A stretch of 64,000 nucleotides of DNA from Octopus sinensis (Eukaryota). The position numbers and the translations under genes are program-made. Below are positions 47,100-60,674 of this stretch, piece by piece (position 1 is the first letter of the stretch; the number at the start of each line of letters is the position of its first letter). The stretch covers positions 22,568,001 through 22,632,000 of the forward strand of contig NC_042998.1 in the NCBI RefSeq assembly GCF_006345805.1, written 5' to 3'. Below the pieces are notes generated by a model. The model searched no databases. It had not been told where the DNA came from and was given only the letters and a program-made list of their open reading frames with translations.

Positions 47100-48682
47100 T
47101 TTTTGGGTAAAGTTTTCGGTGAAAATTTTCTAAAACATTTTGGTTAAAATTTTTGGAAAATTTTTGGGTAAAATTCCCGATGAAAATTTTCGGTGAAAAT
47201 TTTTGAAAAAGTATGGAAGGACAGCGGTGCCAAAATCACAAAGTTTGGAAGGCCTTTGGTGCCAAAATCACAAAATTTTCGGAAAATTTTCGGGTAAAAT
47301 TTTCGGTGAAAATTTTCGAAAACTTTTTGGGTAAAATTTTCCGTGAAAATTTTAGAAAACTTTTTAGGTGAAATTTTCGGTAAATTTTTGGGTAAAGCTT
47401 TCAGTCAAAATTTTCGAAAACCTTTTGGTTTAAATTGTTGGTTAAAATTTTCGGTGAAAATTTTCGCAAAATTTTTGGGTAAAATTTTCGGTGAAAATAT
47501 TCGGAAAATTTTTTGGGGAAAATTTTCAGTGAAAATTTTCGGAAAATTTTTAAGTAAAATTTTTAGTGAATATTTTCGAAAAATTTTTGAAAACTTTCGT
47601 TGAAAATTTTTGGATGAAATTTTCGCAAAATTTGGGGGGAAAATTTTCTGAAACTTTTGAGGTGAAATTTTCGGTAAATTTTTGGGTAAAGTTTTAAGCG
47701 AAAATTTTCGAAAACATTTTCGTTAAAATTTTTAGGTAAAATTTTCGGTGAAAATTTTCACAAAATTTTCATTGAAAATTTTTGCAAAATTCTTGGGTAA
47801 AATTTTCGGTGAAAATTTTTGGAAAACTTTTTGGGTAAAATTTTCAGTGAAAATTTTCGGAAAATTTTTGAGTAAAATTTTCAGTGAAAATTTTAGAAAA
47901 AGTTTTGGGTAAAATTTTCTACAAATTTTGGTGGAAAATTTTCGAAAAATTCTTTGGGAAAATTTTCGGTGAAAATTTTGGAAATAGTATGGAAGGCCAG
48001 CGGTGCCATAATCACAAAGAATGGAGGGCCAGTGGTGCCAAAATCACAAAGTATGGAAGGACAGTGGTGCCAAAATCACAAAGTATGGAAAGACAGCGGT
48101 GCCCAAATCACAAAGTATGGAAAGCCAGCAGTGCCAATTTCCGAAAAATTTTCGGGTAACATTTTCGGTGAAAATTTTCGAAAAATTTTTGGTGAAAATT
48201 TTCGGTTAACATTTTCGAAAAATTTTTGGGTAAAGTTTTCGGTGAAAATTTTCGAAAACTTTTTGGTTAAAAATTTCGGTAAATTATTGGGTAAAGTTTT
48301 CGGTGAAAATTTTCGAAAACTTTCGGTAAATTTTTGGATAAAATTTTCCGTGAAAATTTTCGAAAACATTTTGGGGAAAATTTTTGAGTAAAATTTTCGA
48401 AATATTTTTTGGGAAAATCTTCGGTGAAAATTTTCGAAATAGTATGGAAGGATAGCGGTGCCAAAATCACAAAGTATGGAAAGCCAACAGTGCCAATTTC
48501 CGAAAATTTTTCGGTGAAAATTTTCACAAAATTTGCATGAAAATTTTTGGGGAAAATTTTCGGTGAAAATTTTCGAAAAATTTTTGGTGATAGCTGCAAT
48601 CATACATATATACAAACACACACACACACATATATATATATATATGCAAACATAGATATATATAAACATATATATAAATATG

Positions 48683-48734
<52 letters not shown>

Positions 48735-51700
48735 TACATACACGCTCACACACGCACACGCACACGCACATACACACACACACACACACAAACACACACG
48801 ACCTCGTGTTGGCGATTTTTTTCCCTCTGTCTTCCCTTCTCTGGATCTTTTTGGGTAAAATTTTCGGTGAACATTTTCGAAAAATTTTGGTGGAAAATTT
48901 TCTAAAAATTCTTGGGGAATATTTGGGAAAAATTTTTGGTGAAAGTTTTCGAAAAATTTTTCGGTAAAATTTTCGGTGAAAATTTTCGAAAAATTCTTGG
49001 GGAAAATTTTAGAAAAATTTTTGAGTAAAATTTTCGGTGAAAATTTTCGAAAATTTTTGGGTGAAATTTTCGGTGAAAATTTTTCGAAAATTTTTTGTGT
49101 AAAATTTTCGGTGAACATTTTCGAAAAATTTTACCCAAAAGTTTTTAGAAAATTTTCACTGAAAATTTTACCCAAGAATTTTTCGAAAATGTTCACCGAA
49201 AATTTTACCCAAAAATTTTTCCAAAACTTTCACCAAAAATTTTTCGATAATTTTCACGGAAAATTTTACCCAAAAATTTTTCGAAAATGTTCACCGAAAA
49301 TTTGACACAAAAATTTTTCGAAAATGTTCACCGAAAATTTTACCCAAAAGTTTTTCGAAAATTTTACCCAAAAATTTTTCGAAAATTTTACCCAAAAAGT
49401 TTTCGAAAATTTTCACCGAAAATTTTCCCCAAAATTTTTTGAAAATGTTAACCGAAAATTTTCCCCAAAATTTTTTGAAAATGTTAACCGAAAATTTTAT
49501 CCAAAAATTTACCTAAAGTTTTAACCAAAAAGTTTTCGAAAATTTTCACCGAAAACTTTACCCAAAAATTTACCGAAAATTTTAACCAAAAAGTTTTCGA
49601 AAATTTTCACCGAAAACTTTACCCAAAAATTTACTAAACATTTCACCTAAAAAGTTTTCGAAAATTTTCCCCAAAAATTTTCATGCAAATTTTGTGAAAA
49701 TTTTCACCGAAAAATTTTCGGAAATTGGCACTGTTGGCTTTCCATACTTTGTGATTTTGGCACCGCTATCCTTCCATACTATTTCGAAAATTTTCACCGA
49801 AAATTTTCCCCAAAAATTTTTCGAAAATTTTTCGAAAATTTTACCCAAAAAGTTTTCGAAAATTTTCACGGAAAATTTTATCCAAAAATTTACCGAAAGT
49901 TTTCGAAAATTTTCACCGAAAACTTTACCCAATAATTTACCGAAATTTTTAACCAAAAAGTTTTCGAAAATTTTCACCGAAAACTTTACCCAAAAATTTT
50001 TCGAAAATGTTAACCGAAAATTTTCACCAAAAATTTTTCGAAAATTTTCACCGAAAATGTTACCCGAAAATTTTTCGGAAATTGGCACTGCTGGCTTTCC
50101 ATACTTTGTGATTTGGGCACCGCTGTCTTTCCATACTTTGTGATTTTGGCACCACTGTCCTTCCATACTTTGTGATTTTGGCACCACTGGCCCTCCATTC
50201 TTTGTGATTATGGCACCGCTGGCCTTCCATACTATTTCCAAAATTTTCACCGAAAATTTTCCCAAAGAATTTTTCGAAAATTTTCCACCAAAATTTGTAG
50301 AAAATTTTTACCCAAAACTTTTTCTAAAATTTTCACTGAAAATTTTACTCAAAAATTTTCCGAAAATTTTCACTGAAAATTTTACCCAAAAGTTTTCCAA
50401 AAATTTTCACCGAAAATTTTACCCAAGAATTTTGCAAAAATTTTCAATGAAAATTTTGTGAAAATTTTCACCGAAAATTTTACCTAAAAATTTTAACGAA
50501 AATGTTTTCGAAAATTTTCGCTTAAAACTTTACCCAAAAATTTACCGAAAATTTCACCTCAAAAGTTTCAGAAAATTTTCCCCCCAAATTTTGCGAAAAT
50601 TTCATCCAAAAATTTTCAACGAAATTTTTCAAAAATTTTTCGAAAATATTCACTAAAAATTTTACTTAAAAATTTTCCGAAAATTTTCACTGAAAATTTT
50701 CCCCAAAAAATTTTCCGAATATTTTCACCGAAAATTTTACCCAAAAATTTTGCGAAAATTTTCACCGAAAATTTTAACCAACAATTTAAACCAAAAGGTT
50801 TTCGAAAATTTTGACTGAAAGCTTTACCCAAAAATTTACCGAAAATTTCACCTAAAAAGTTTTCTAAAATTTTCACGGAAAATTTTACCCAAAAAGTTTT
50901 CGAAAATTTTCACCGAAAATTTTACCCGAAAATTTTCCGAAAATTTTGTGATTTTGGCACCAAAGGCCTTCCAAACTTTGTGATTTTGGCACCGCTGTCC
51001 TTCCATACTTTTTCAAAAATTTTCACCGAAAATTTTCATCGGGAATTTTACCCAAAAATTTTCCAAAAATTTTAACCAAAATGTTTTAGAAAATTTTCAC
51101 CGAAAACTTTACCCAAAAATTTATATATATGTATACAGACAGTGTTCAAAAAGTCTCTCCACAGTGAATTTTATATATATACACACAGTGTTCAAATAGT
51201 CTCCACAGTCAGTTTTATATATATTGTGAATAGTTCAGTTCACGATACTTCTTGACCTACTTTGCTTGGCTTGGAGTTAAAAATTTCGGTAAATTATTGG
51301 GTAAAGTTTTCGGTGAAAATTTTCGAAAACTTTCGGTAAATTTTTGGATAAAATTTTCGGTTAACATTTTCAAAAAATTTTTGGGGAAAATTTTTGAGTA
51401 AAATTTTCGAAATATTTTTTGGGAAAATCTTCGGTGAAAATTTTCGAAATAGTATGGAAGGATAGCGGTGCCAAAATCACAAAGTATGGAAAGCCAACAG
51501 TGCCAATTTCCGAAAATTTTTCGGTGAAAATTTTCACAAAATTTGCATGAAAATTTTTGGGGAAAATTTTCGAAAACTTTTTAGGTGAAATGTTTAGTAA
51601 ATTTTTGGGTAAAGTTTTCGGTGAAAATTTTCGAAAACTTTTTGGTTAAAATTTTCGGTAAATTTTTGGGTAAAGTTTTCGGTGAAAATTTTCGAAAACT

Positions 51701-52423
51701 TTTTGGTTAAAACTTTAGGTAAATTTTTGGATAAAATTTTCGGTTAACATTTTCAAAAAATTTTTGGGGAAAATTTTCGGTTAACATTTTCGAAAAATTT
51801 TTGGGTAAAATTTTCGGTGAAAATTTTCGAAAACTTTTTGGGTAAAATTTTCGAAAAATTTTTGGGTAAAATTTTCGAAAAACTTTTGGGTAAAATTTTC
51901 GGTGAACATTTTCGAAAAATTTTTGGGTCAAATTTTCGGTGAACATTTTCGAAAAATTTTTGGGTAAAATTTTCCGTGAAAATTATCGAAAAATTTTTGG
52001 TGAAAGTTTTGGAAAAATTTTTGGGTAAAATTTTCGGTGAACATTTTCGAAAAATTCTTGGGTAAAATTTTCAGTGAAAATTTTCTAAAAACTTTTGGGT
52101 AAAATTTTTCGAAAATGTTCACCGAAAATTTTACACAAAAAATTTTCGAAAAATTTTCACCGAAAATTTCACCCAAAAATTTTTCGAAAATTTTCACCGA
52201 AAATTTTACTCAAAAATTTTTCGAAAATTTTCACCAAAAATTTTTCTAAAATTTTCCCCAAGAATTTTTCGAAAATTTTCACTGAAAATTTTACCGAAAA
52301 ATTTTTCGAAAACTTTCACCAAAAATTTTTCCCAAATATTCCCCAAGAATTTTTCGAAAATTTTCACCGAAAATTTCACCCAAAAATTTTTCGAAAATGT
52401 TCACCGAAAATTTTACCCAAAAA
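47100..52423. repeat. AT-rich palindromic satellite array 3 with embedded 32-bp minisatellite, orientation switches and an inverted 2.7-kb duplication
   Basis: 32-bp unit AGTATGGAAGGACAGCGGTGCCAAAATCACAA at 47210-47275, 47986-48136 and 48441-48496 and their mirrors; unique flanks are duplicated in inverted orientation (46943-47100 at 51121-51276; 52424-52677 at 48591-48850). Confidence 0.9.
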
Positions 52424-52544
52424 GATCCAGAGGGAAAAAAATCGCCAACACGAGGTCGTGTGTGTTTGTGTGTGTGTGTGTGTGTGTATGTGCGTGTGCG
52501 TGTGCGTGTGTGAGCGTGTATGTATCTCTTTCTCTCTCTCTCTC

Positions 52545-52581
<37 letters not shown>

Positions 52582-52618
52582 CATATTTATATATATGTTT
52601 ATATATATCTATGTTTGC

Positions 52619-52652
<34 letters not shown>

Positions 52653-53902
52653 TTGTATATATGTATGATTGCAGCTATCGAACAGCATCTTTTTTTAACA
52701 TGGCCCAGAAGATAGTACAGCAGCTGACATGGATGTACCGGATGCAAACCCAAAGCCATGCATTCCAATAAACAAGACCGCCTCAGGTGACAGGCCCAGG
52801 ATGGCCGCCACTAACACCTAACTCGATATCGCACCCATATTCCTACTGAACATTGGAGGTCTACTACAACTCAGTAACAGAGGTAAAATTCTCTGTCTAA
52901 AAGAGCCTGTTATATGCAATCAAACAATATGCATGGCATTCACTGAAACGCATCTATCCCCTGATGTAACAGATGCGGAAGTGCACACACCAGGGTATGC
53001 TGTATTTCGTCCAGACAGAAGCGGTGGAGTTGCTATGTATATCCATGAAGATGTCACACTTCTTACATTACTGTCGCATTCAAATTCAGTTTGCGACACT
53101 TTTATATTTCATATAAAGCAAGCTGGTGTAGCTGTATGCACAATATATCGTCCGCCGAATACCACAAAATATGATGGAAATTTGAGGATAGACTCAAACA
53201 CATCGAAGAGGTATTAACAAACCTAGATCAGAACATTAACATACTCTTCCTTTTTGAAAACTACATGTCAAATGGCCAGAAGGCCACATCCTCTCTGGGA
53301 AATCACTGCATGAACACAAGCATGTAGAGTCATTAATTGAACTTACTAATAAGCTGTTCATAGAACAAGTGATACTCAGGCCAACCAGGGGAAACAATAT
53401 ATTGGACCTATGCTTCATAATGTGGACCTTATCCATAATGTGAAGGTGACGCCAACGGTACTCTCAGATCACAACATTGTTGAACTATGTATGGTCCTGC
53501 GTGAACTGTTAGTATTTACCCTATCAGGAGGACTCAAGCCTTATCCAACCTGAATTTCCAAAAGGCAAAATGGGAATCAATCTACAAAGAGATCCACAAA
53601 CGAAAGTGGTCCGACATTCTGTGTATGCAAGACATTGGTCTGAAACTCAGCCCGTTTATGTCAACAGTGCAAGCTAGATGCACAAAATATATCCCAGAAA
53701 GAAAGGCCAGCACACTGTCAAACTAGATTCCCCAGGGACAGAAAAATCCTCATGAGATGCAGGTCAAAGATCTCAAAGCGGCTGAATAGGCAACTGAAAG
53801 ATAGAGAGAAGTCTATCTTAACACGGATACACCTAGAAATTGAAAGCAAGGTACAAACTTTCTCACGAAAGGCAAAGAGCAGAGAGAGAGAGGAAGAGAG
53901 AG

Positions 53903-53947
<45 letters not shown>

Positions 53948-55049
53948 AGGGCCGTGGAAAGTATAAAACAAATCCCAAAACTTTCTATAAATTTGCAAAG
54001 AAAACAGCTACAATACAATATAAAATAGGACCATTATTCCTAGGGAATGACTCACTGACGGCGGATCTAGGAAGGATAAGTGAGATACTCAGTGAACAAT
54101 TTAAAAGTGTCTTCACTTCCCCCTTTGGACGCATGCAGATAAAAAATCCAGCTGAATTCTTTGATATTGCAGCTCTATAAAAGGAAGCACCAACCATCAA
54201 GGTTGAGGAAACAGATGTAACAGCGGCCATAGATGAAATGAGCTCATGCTCCGCCACTCATCCTGTTGGCTTCCCAGCTATTCTCCTAAAGTCATGTAAG
54301 CAGGCTTTAGCGAAACTACTTCAGATACTTTCCCAAAGATTCCTTGCAAGTGGTATACTTCCTAAAAAGCTGAAAGAAGGCATTATATGTCCTATCCACA
54401 AAGGTGGAAGCAGAGCAGAGGCCAAAAGCTTCAGGCCGATTTATTTGACTTCACATATCAGTAAAGTCATGGAGCGAATCATCAGAAAGAAGTTGATAAT
54501 GTTCTTAGAAGAAAATGGCCTACTGCACAATACTCAGCCTGGCTTCCGTCCTAGAAGTAGCTACCTCACACAGCTCCTAAAGTACTATGACTGGGCTTTG
54601 AAACAGCTGCTTGACCGTTCAGATGTCAGTGTGATATACCTTGACTTCGCAAAGGCATTTGATAAGGTAGATCATAGCATGATAAGTCATAAGCTACGAG
54701 ACCTTGGCATTGCTGGTAAACTGGGAGAGTGGCTGCATGACTTCCTTAAAATCAGAATTCAGGTAGTTGCAGCCAATGGTGCCCTTTCTGAGGAAGCTCA
54801 AATCCTAAGTGGTGTCCCCTCCAGGGAAATATTCTGGGGCCATTACGGTTCATAATTGCCCTCTCTTAGACTTGCCCACGGTCACTCGGACAGCCACTGT
54901 CACTAGCTATGTCGATGATACAAAATTATCACAGGCAATAAAAAACCAAAATAATATCATAAAGTTACAGGGGGACCTAAATTCAATATACAAGTGGGCC
55001 GAAAAAACAACAAGTAGTTTAATGCTGGAAAATTTCAAGCGCTGCACTA

Positions 55050-56296
55050 CGAGGGGCGTTCAATAAGTAATGCCCCTGACCCACTTCCCATAGAAGTAGA
55101 GCAACGAAACTTGGCACAGTTATTAGTCTTTTTCTACATAGGAACCACCCAGAGTTACGCATTTCTCCCATCGTTTGATGCAGCTCTGGAGACCGTTTTT
55201 GTAGAATACCCCAGTTTGGTCCTCCAACCACGACGTGACTTCAGAAATCAAGGCTACATCATCTGGGAAACGCTTTCCTTTCAAAAACAACTTCATGGCT
55301 GGGAAGAGGTGAAAATCAGAGGGTGCAAGGTCAGGAGGAGTTCATAGCCGCACGTCTGTGCTTCTGATCTGGCGACACGCCAGAGCGTTGTCCTGCAGGA
55401 GGAGGATGCCTTTGCTGATCTTGCCCCGCCTCTTGATTTTGAGAGCTTCTCTTAATTTCTTCAAAAGTGAAGCATAATAGGCTCCTGTAATTGTGGTACC
55501 CTTTGCCAGGAAATCTGTCATCACTACTCCGTCCTGGTCTCAGAAGACTGTGAGCATGACCTTGTCAGCGGAGGGCTGCACCCTTGCCTTCTTTGGAGGC
55601 GGTGAGTCACGGTGCTTCCACTGCATTGACTGGGCTTTGGTCTCTGAATCATAGTGATGGACCCAGGTTTCATCCTGTGTAATCAGTCTTTTGAAAAATG
55701 TTGACTCATCTTCTTGGCACATCTCCAAATTCATCCTCGAGCACTCGACGCGTTCTTGCTTCTGGAAAGGTGTGAGCAACCTGGGAATCCATCTGGCAGA
55801 CACCTTTTGCATATGCAAATGGTCATGAATGATAGTTTCCACAGACCCGGTACTAATCTTGACCTCATGGGCTATTTGGCGAATAGTTATGCATCGATCT
55901 TCCAAAATGGCAGCCTCAACTTGACGGACAGATGCCTCATCAATGGCAGAAGGGGGCAACCAGATCTGGGAGCTGTTTCCACAGAGTTCCGACCATGTTT
56001 AAATTCACGATGCCAGCGTTTTACAAGGTCATCGTCACCATAAGTTACTTTAATTTCATCAAAAGTCTCCCGTGGTGTGCGTCTTTTCAAATACAAAAAC
56101 CGGATCACTGCTCGACACTCAACTGGCTCCATTTCACACTTGACTCTGTTCAAACACCTGTAAATCAGAAACAATTAGCTCAGAGCTGTAATTTGCCACT
56201 TAATCTATAGAGATATTAATAATTGCACATGCAAAATTTCAGCTAGATCAACCAACTGTAAGTGGATCAGGAGCATTACTTATTGAACGTCCCTCG
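55050..56296 (-). mobile_element. mariner (Tc1/mariner, DD34D-type) DNA transposon, 1247 bp
   Basis: 36-bp TIRs (CGAGGGGCGTTCAATAAGTAATGCCCCTGACCCACT vs 56261-56296, 3 mismatches); TA at 55048-55049 and 56297-56298. Confidence 0.95.
55123..56132 (-). pseudogene. mariner transposase, frameshifted
   Basis: MEPVECRAVIRFL..., WIPRLLT, LITQDETWVHHY, KVMLTVFW, LQDNA, PDLAPSDFHLFP, stop at 55123-55125. Confidence 0.9.
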
Positions 56297-57601
56297 TATC
56301 AACTCACGAATACAGTTCAGTCTACATTTGCAGGACCCGAAGGTACTACAATCAGGCAGTGAAAGACTTGGGGATCAGTATGTGCGATGACGCATCATTT
56401 TATATGCATATTAGCAAGATGGCAGCAAAGTGCAGACAACTGGTAGGATGGATAGTGAGGTCTTTCAAGACCCTGTGGAGAGCCTTTGTTCTCAGCCACC
56501 TGGACTACTGCTCCCAGTTATGGTCACCACATAGTGCCAAACTAACAGCAGAGCTTGAAGCAGTCCAACGCCACTACACTGAAAAAATTGAAGCAGTGCA
56601 GCGGATGAACTACAGGGATAGGCTAAGAAAATTACAGCCTTTCTTCCTGGAGCGAAGGCGTGAGAAATATGCAATAATATATATATGGAAAATCTTAGAA
56701 GGGCTAGTACCTAACTTTGGTATTGAGTGTTATACAAATGCCAGAACTGGCCGCCAATGTATTGTACCAAAGGTACCATCCACTCCATCTAAATTCAGGA
56801 CCAGGTACTGCAATAGTTTAGGGTTCAAAGGCCCACAGCTCTTCAATGCCCTGCCACAAATATTAAGAAATTTACGTATGTGGAAGTAGATGTCTTCGAA
56901 AAGGGACTAGACATCCTTCTTTCCACAATACCGGATGAACCAACATCCCAAGATAAGGTACAGACGAGGGCAGTGGAATCAAACTCGCTTATACACCAAA
57001 TGTACCAACAGGTGGGACATACAGGAGTGGTAACGTGAAACACCCAGACTGAGGAAGTCAGAAGTCAGAAAGACCACGATGGTGCTCCAGCATGACCACA
57101 GCCGCATGGCTGAAACGAGTAAAAGAGAATATACATATATATATATATATACATATAAGTGTGTACATATGAGTATATGCATGTAGGTATGTGAGTGTGT
57201 ATGTGTGCGTATATGTATGTATGTGTGTATGTATGTATGTATGCATGCATACATGTATGCGTGTATATGCATGTATATATGTGTGCAAGTAACCCGTGTC
57301 TTTGTTTATGTTTACACCGGTCCAAAAAAAGCGGTGTAATTTACGTTATGTTCCTTCCTGATCAAATAACCAGAGCTTCAGGAAACAAAATATCGTTAAA
57401 ATAATTACTCGACTGGAATATCTTACGAGGGTCGATACAATTAACTAAAACCCGAAAAGTATTCCCCCCGGCCAAAATGCCTGCCGTCCACCACCAAGTC
57501 AAACCAGGAAAATAATAAAAGAATTAAATACTATCTGGCGAAAGATATTAAAAGAAAAAAGGAAGTTGTGTTAAGAGTTACTGCCCTTGAATTAGATGAT
57601 T

Positions 57602-57638
57602 TACTTCCTGCGGAAACAGACGCTATTTTATGGTAAGT
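57602..57638 (+). promoter_or_regulatory. Possible first-exon end: ETS-like ACTTCCTG motif and strong splice donor ATG|GTAAGT
   Basis: Motif match only, in otherwise unique sequence; no expression data. Confidence 0.25.
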
Positions 57639-58560
57639 TTCTGTTATTTGTTTCACTCAGTTTCCCTTATTTAGATATAATTTGTAAACTGTCCAATTCC
57701 TGAATACCTTTATTAGTGTCTTAACATTGGTCTGGTGTGTCTGCTTGTTTTAGAAAGAGACGTGTGCGAGTCTATATCTCTCATACTCGCATTCGACTAT
57801 GTTGATGATGATAGCTCGACGAATTTACGCTACACAATAATATTTTTTTTTCCCCCTCGGTCTTTTTTTAAAATATATTTTTCCTGATTTTTTGTATATT
57901 TAGTATTTCTTATGTATTATCAACCTAGGAAGATATTTCGACTTGTCTTGATTATCATCCTTAAATGCGATTATCATCCTTAAATGTACTGTTTTGACAA
58001 CAATCGTCTCTTAATTATGAGAATCATAGAGTCAGAATCATCATTAAAATGGTAATTCCAGAAAAAAAAGGAAAAAACCCAGCAAAATAACCACGAAATC
58101 TCACTCAACAGTATATTTATCTATTATATTTATCAAATAACAACAGAATATTTATCTATTAAAGTAAGAATTTCACATTTTGTATAGTAAATATTGCAAT
58201 ATCTCTCATGATATTTGGTATATATTTGGTGTATTCGATTTAGGGTTTAAAAAAATAAAAAGAACAAGTTTGTAGTCACTTTTTTTTAGAAGCAATTACT
58301 ATCATTATTAGTGTTTTAAAAGTATGATCGTCTTTAACACTCAAAACTAGGTTTTTTTTTTGGATTATACATTCCTGATAAAGACTATATAAACGTGTGT
58401 GTTAAAAGTACATTATATAGTTTTGTGTTTATCCTGTGTATGTGTACAATTTACAGGTTAGAATTTAATTTCCTAAATTTCTCTCCTAGAATATACGAAC
58501 AATAAACTCAGTTTGACACCTGTCATTATTGTTTCTTTATGGAATTTTCGATAATTACAG

Positions 58561-58622
58561 TGAAACAGTTCCGTAGACTTGGAATCGTCAATACACCTGT
58601 TTGATATGTCAGTCTCACGCAG
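58561..58622 (+). other. Candidate 62-bp exon ending in ATG TCA GTC TCA CGC AG
   Basis: AATTACAG| acceptor and CAG|GTATTT donor; no homology recognised. Confidence 0.2.
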
Positions 58623-59883
58623 GTATTTGTATTTACGTGCACCTTAACTTGGATCTAGTCTCGTCTAAGTGGCTCTTCGACAATAAACGATACATGAGCT
58701 GTGCTACTGTAGAGTAGCTTACAAAACACAAAATTATGAAAAGGAAAAGTTTATGCTTAACCTTTGATCTGATCTTAATGAGAATAATTATCATCAAAGG
58801 CATCCCCACTTCCACCTTAACGTTTAAAAAAAAAGATTCTTTTGGGGTTTTTTTCCCAGTACTAATATTACTAGGACTACAAGTCTTTTTGCTTCTTTAA
58901 GATGGCAAGATGTGATTTGAGATGTGAAATTCGCCTGTTATTTCTAGCAGATCGAGTGACCACTTAGAGGTTTGGCATGAAAGATTTAATTATTATAGAT
59001 AGATTCTGCACTCGCGCTTGTGTTTCTCTTACACTGATGTAACACATACAGACGTATAGAAGTACACTCAAGCACACTCGTACGCGATCAATTCCATTTT
59101 AAACTGTTGCTTCGATATTAAGGCATGTTTTTAATCGATTTATTTTTGGAAGTGCTTAGTTTTTATCCAAAAGAGAGATGCCACCTAATTGTTATAGTTT
59201 TGATGTATCTACAATTTTTGTTTCTGCCTTTAAACTCGGATAGCTACATGGTTAATCTATTTGTTGTTCAGTCTGAGACCAGACCTGGTCAAGAGGACCA
59301 ATGATGATCAAAGACGTTCCGGCAATGACCGTTCCGTCTTATTTCATACACAAGGATAATTCAGCCTTAGATATACTTACTAAATACTTACTATATATCC
59401 ATAATTTTTTTATTTTTTTATAAATTGCAAGGTGTGTTTCAAGAGAGATTTAGTTGCTATTTCTCGCAAATTGAGTGTCAGTGGTAAATGCGCTGTCGTT
59501 GCAGTTGTGTCAATTGTTATGGTTTTTCAGTTTACTTTTAATATTTCATAAAAGCAGTTATTTGACATGTTTACTGAAATTTTATGATGGTCTTATTTCA
59601 CTGCAACATTTCTTCCTCATATATTTTTCAACGTCACAACATGCAACCGTAATTATTATTGATTTTTTTTTCTTATTTTATTTGATACCATTTCAGCTTG
59701 CTGCTACATTTTCTTTAGTGCTTCTTATATGACTGTTAACTACAAGATTTCCAAATTTACTCCCCCACCATTTCCCCCTTCTCTCTCTCTCTCTCTCTAG
59801 TTTTAATATTTGGCGCTCATGGAAAGGTAGAGAAGACGGAGAATAGCTGAGACGGTCGAGCGCCGAACACAATTACATTTCGG

Positions 59884-60230
59884 TCAAATTCCGCCGAGGT
59901 CGACTTTGCCTTTCATCCTTTCGGGGTCGATTAAATAAGTACCAGTTACGCACTGGGGTTTCATATAATCGACTTAATCCGTTTGTCTGTCCTTGTTTGC
60001 CCTCTTTGTGTTTAGCCCCTTGTGGGTAGTAAAGAAATAGGTATTTCGTCTGCCGTTACGTCCTGAGTTCAAATTCCGCCGAGGTCGACTTTGCCTTTCA
60101 TCCTTTCGGAGTCGATTACATAAGTACCAGTTACGCACTGGGGTTTCATATAATCGACTTAATCCGTTTGTCTGTCCTTGTTTGCCCTCTTTGTGTTTAG
60201 CCCCTTGTGGGTAGTAAAGAAATAGGTATC
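59884..60230 (+). mobile_element. SINE family B, 5'-truncated, two tandem bodies
   Basis: CAAATTCCGCCGAGGTCGAC at ~59885 and ~60070. Confidence 0.85.
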
Positions 60231-60674
60231 TAATCCACGACGTTTTATATCTAGTGTTCAAATCCCGCCAGTTTCGTTTGTTCAGAGTCTTACCAAATAA
60301 GTGTCAGCACTATACTGCTTTCGGATTAAACATCTGTACCTTCCTACATTATGTACGTGGTTTGTGTGCCAATGTTAGAAATCAATATCAAACAAACCAC
60401 CACGGGAGCTTTTTCGTGGTTCTAAAACCTACCAGAAACAACAGTGAAATCTGTCACAAATCACACCCTACAATCTGAAATTAGAGAATGAAGGATGCAT
60501 TACCACAGGAATGGCTTTGATCATAGATCTGTTCAGTCATGGCTGATATGAAAACTAAACTGATATGAAGACAATAATAAAAACAGTATTAAGGCTTAAT
60601 GGAAAACACTGTTGAGACATTGGTAAATTTCTCATAATGATGAGTAGTTGTTATGAAAATATCTTTAACTGAAA

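Larger units (their letters stand above)
52680..57128 (+). mobile_element. CR1-group LINE with complete but degenerate ORF2, split by a mariner
   Basis: LLNIGGL, AFTETHL, TIYRPP, LSDHNIV (APE); FRPIYLTSHISKVMERII, YLDFAKAFDKVDH, YVDDTKL, KDLGIS, LSHLDYCSQLWSP, LERRREKY; tail at 57081-57128. Related to 19718-22664. Confidence 0.9.

Noticed and set aside
47986-48136. CRISPR-like array (32-bp repeats); also the 190-bp SINE B units
   Set aside because: Repeats are contiguous with no unique spacers, there are no cas genes, and the context is eukaryotic.
46266-52768. K/F/I/E/N-rich ORFs up to 239 aa
   Set aside because: They are translations of the A4T4 satellite and 32-bp minisatellite and appear on both strands in mirrored copies.
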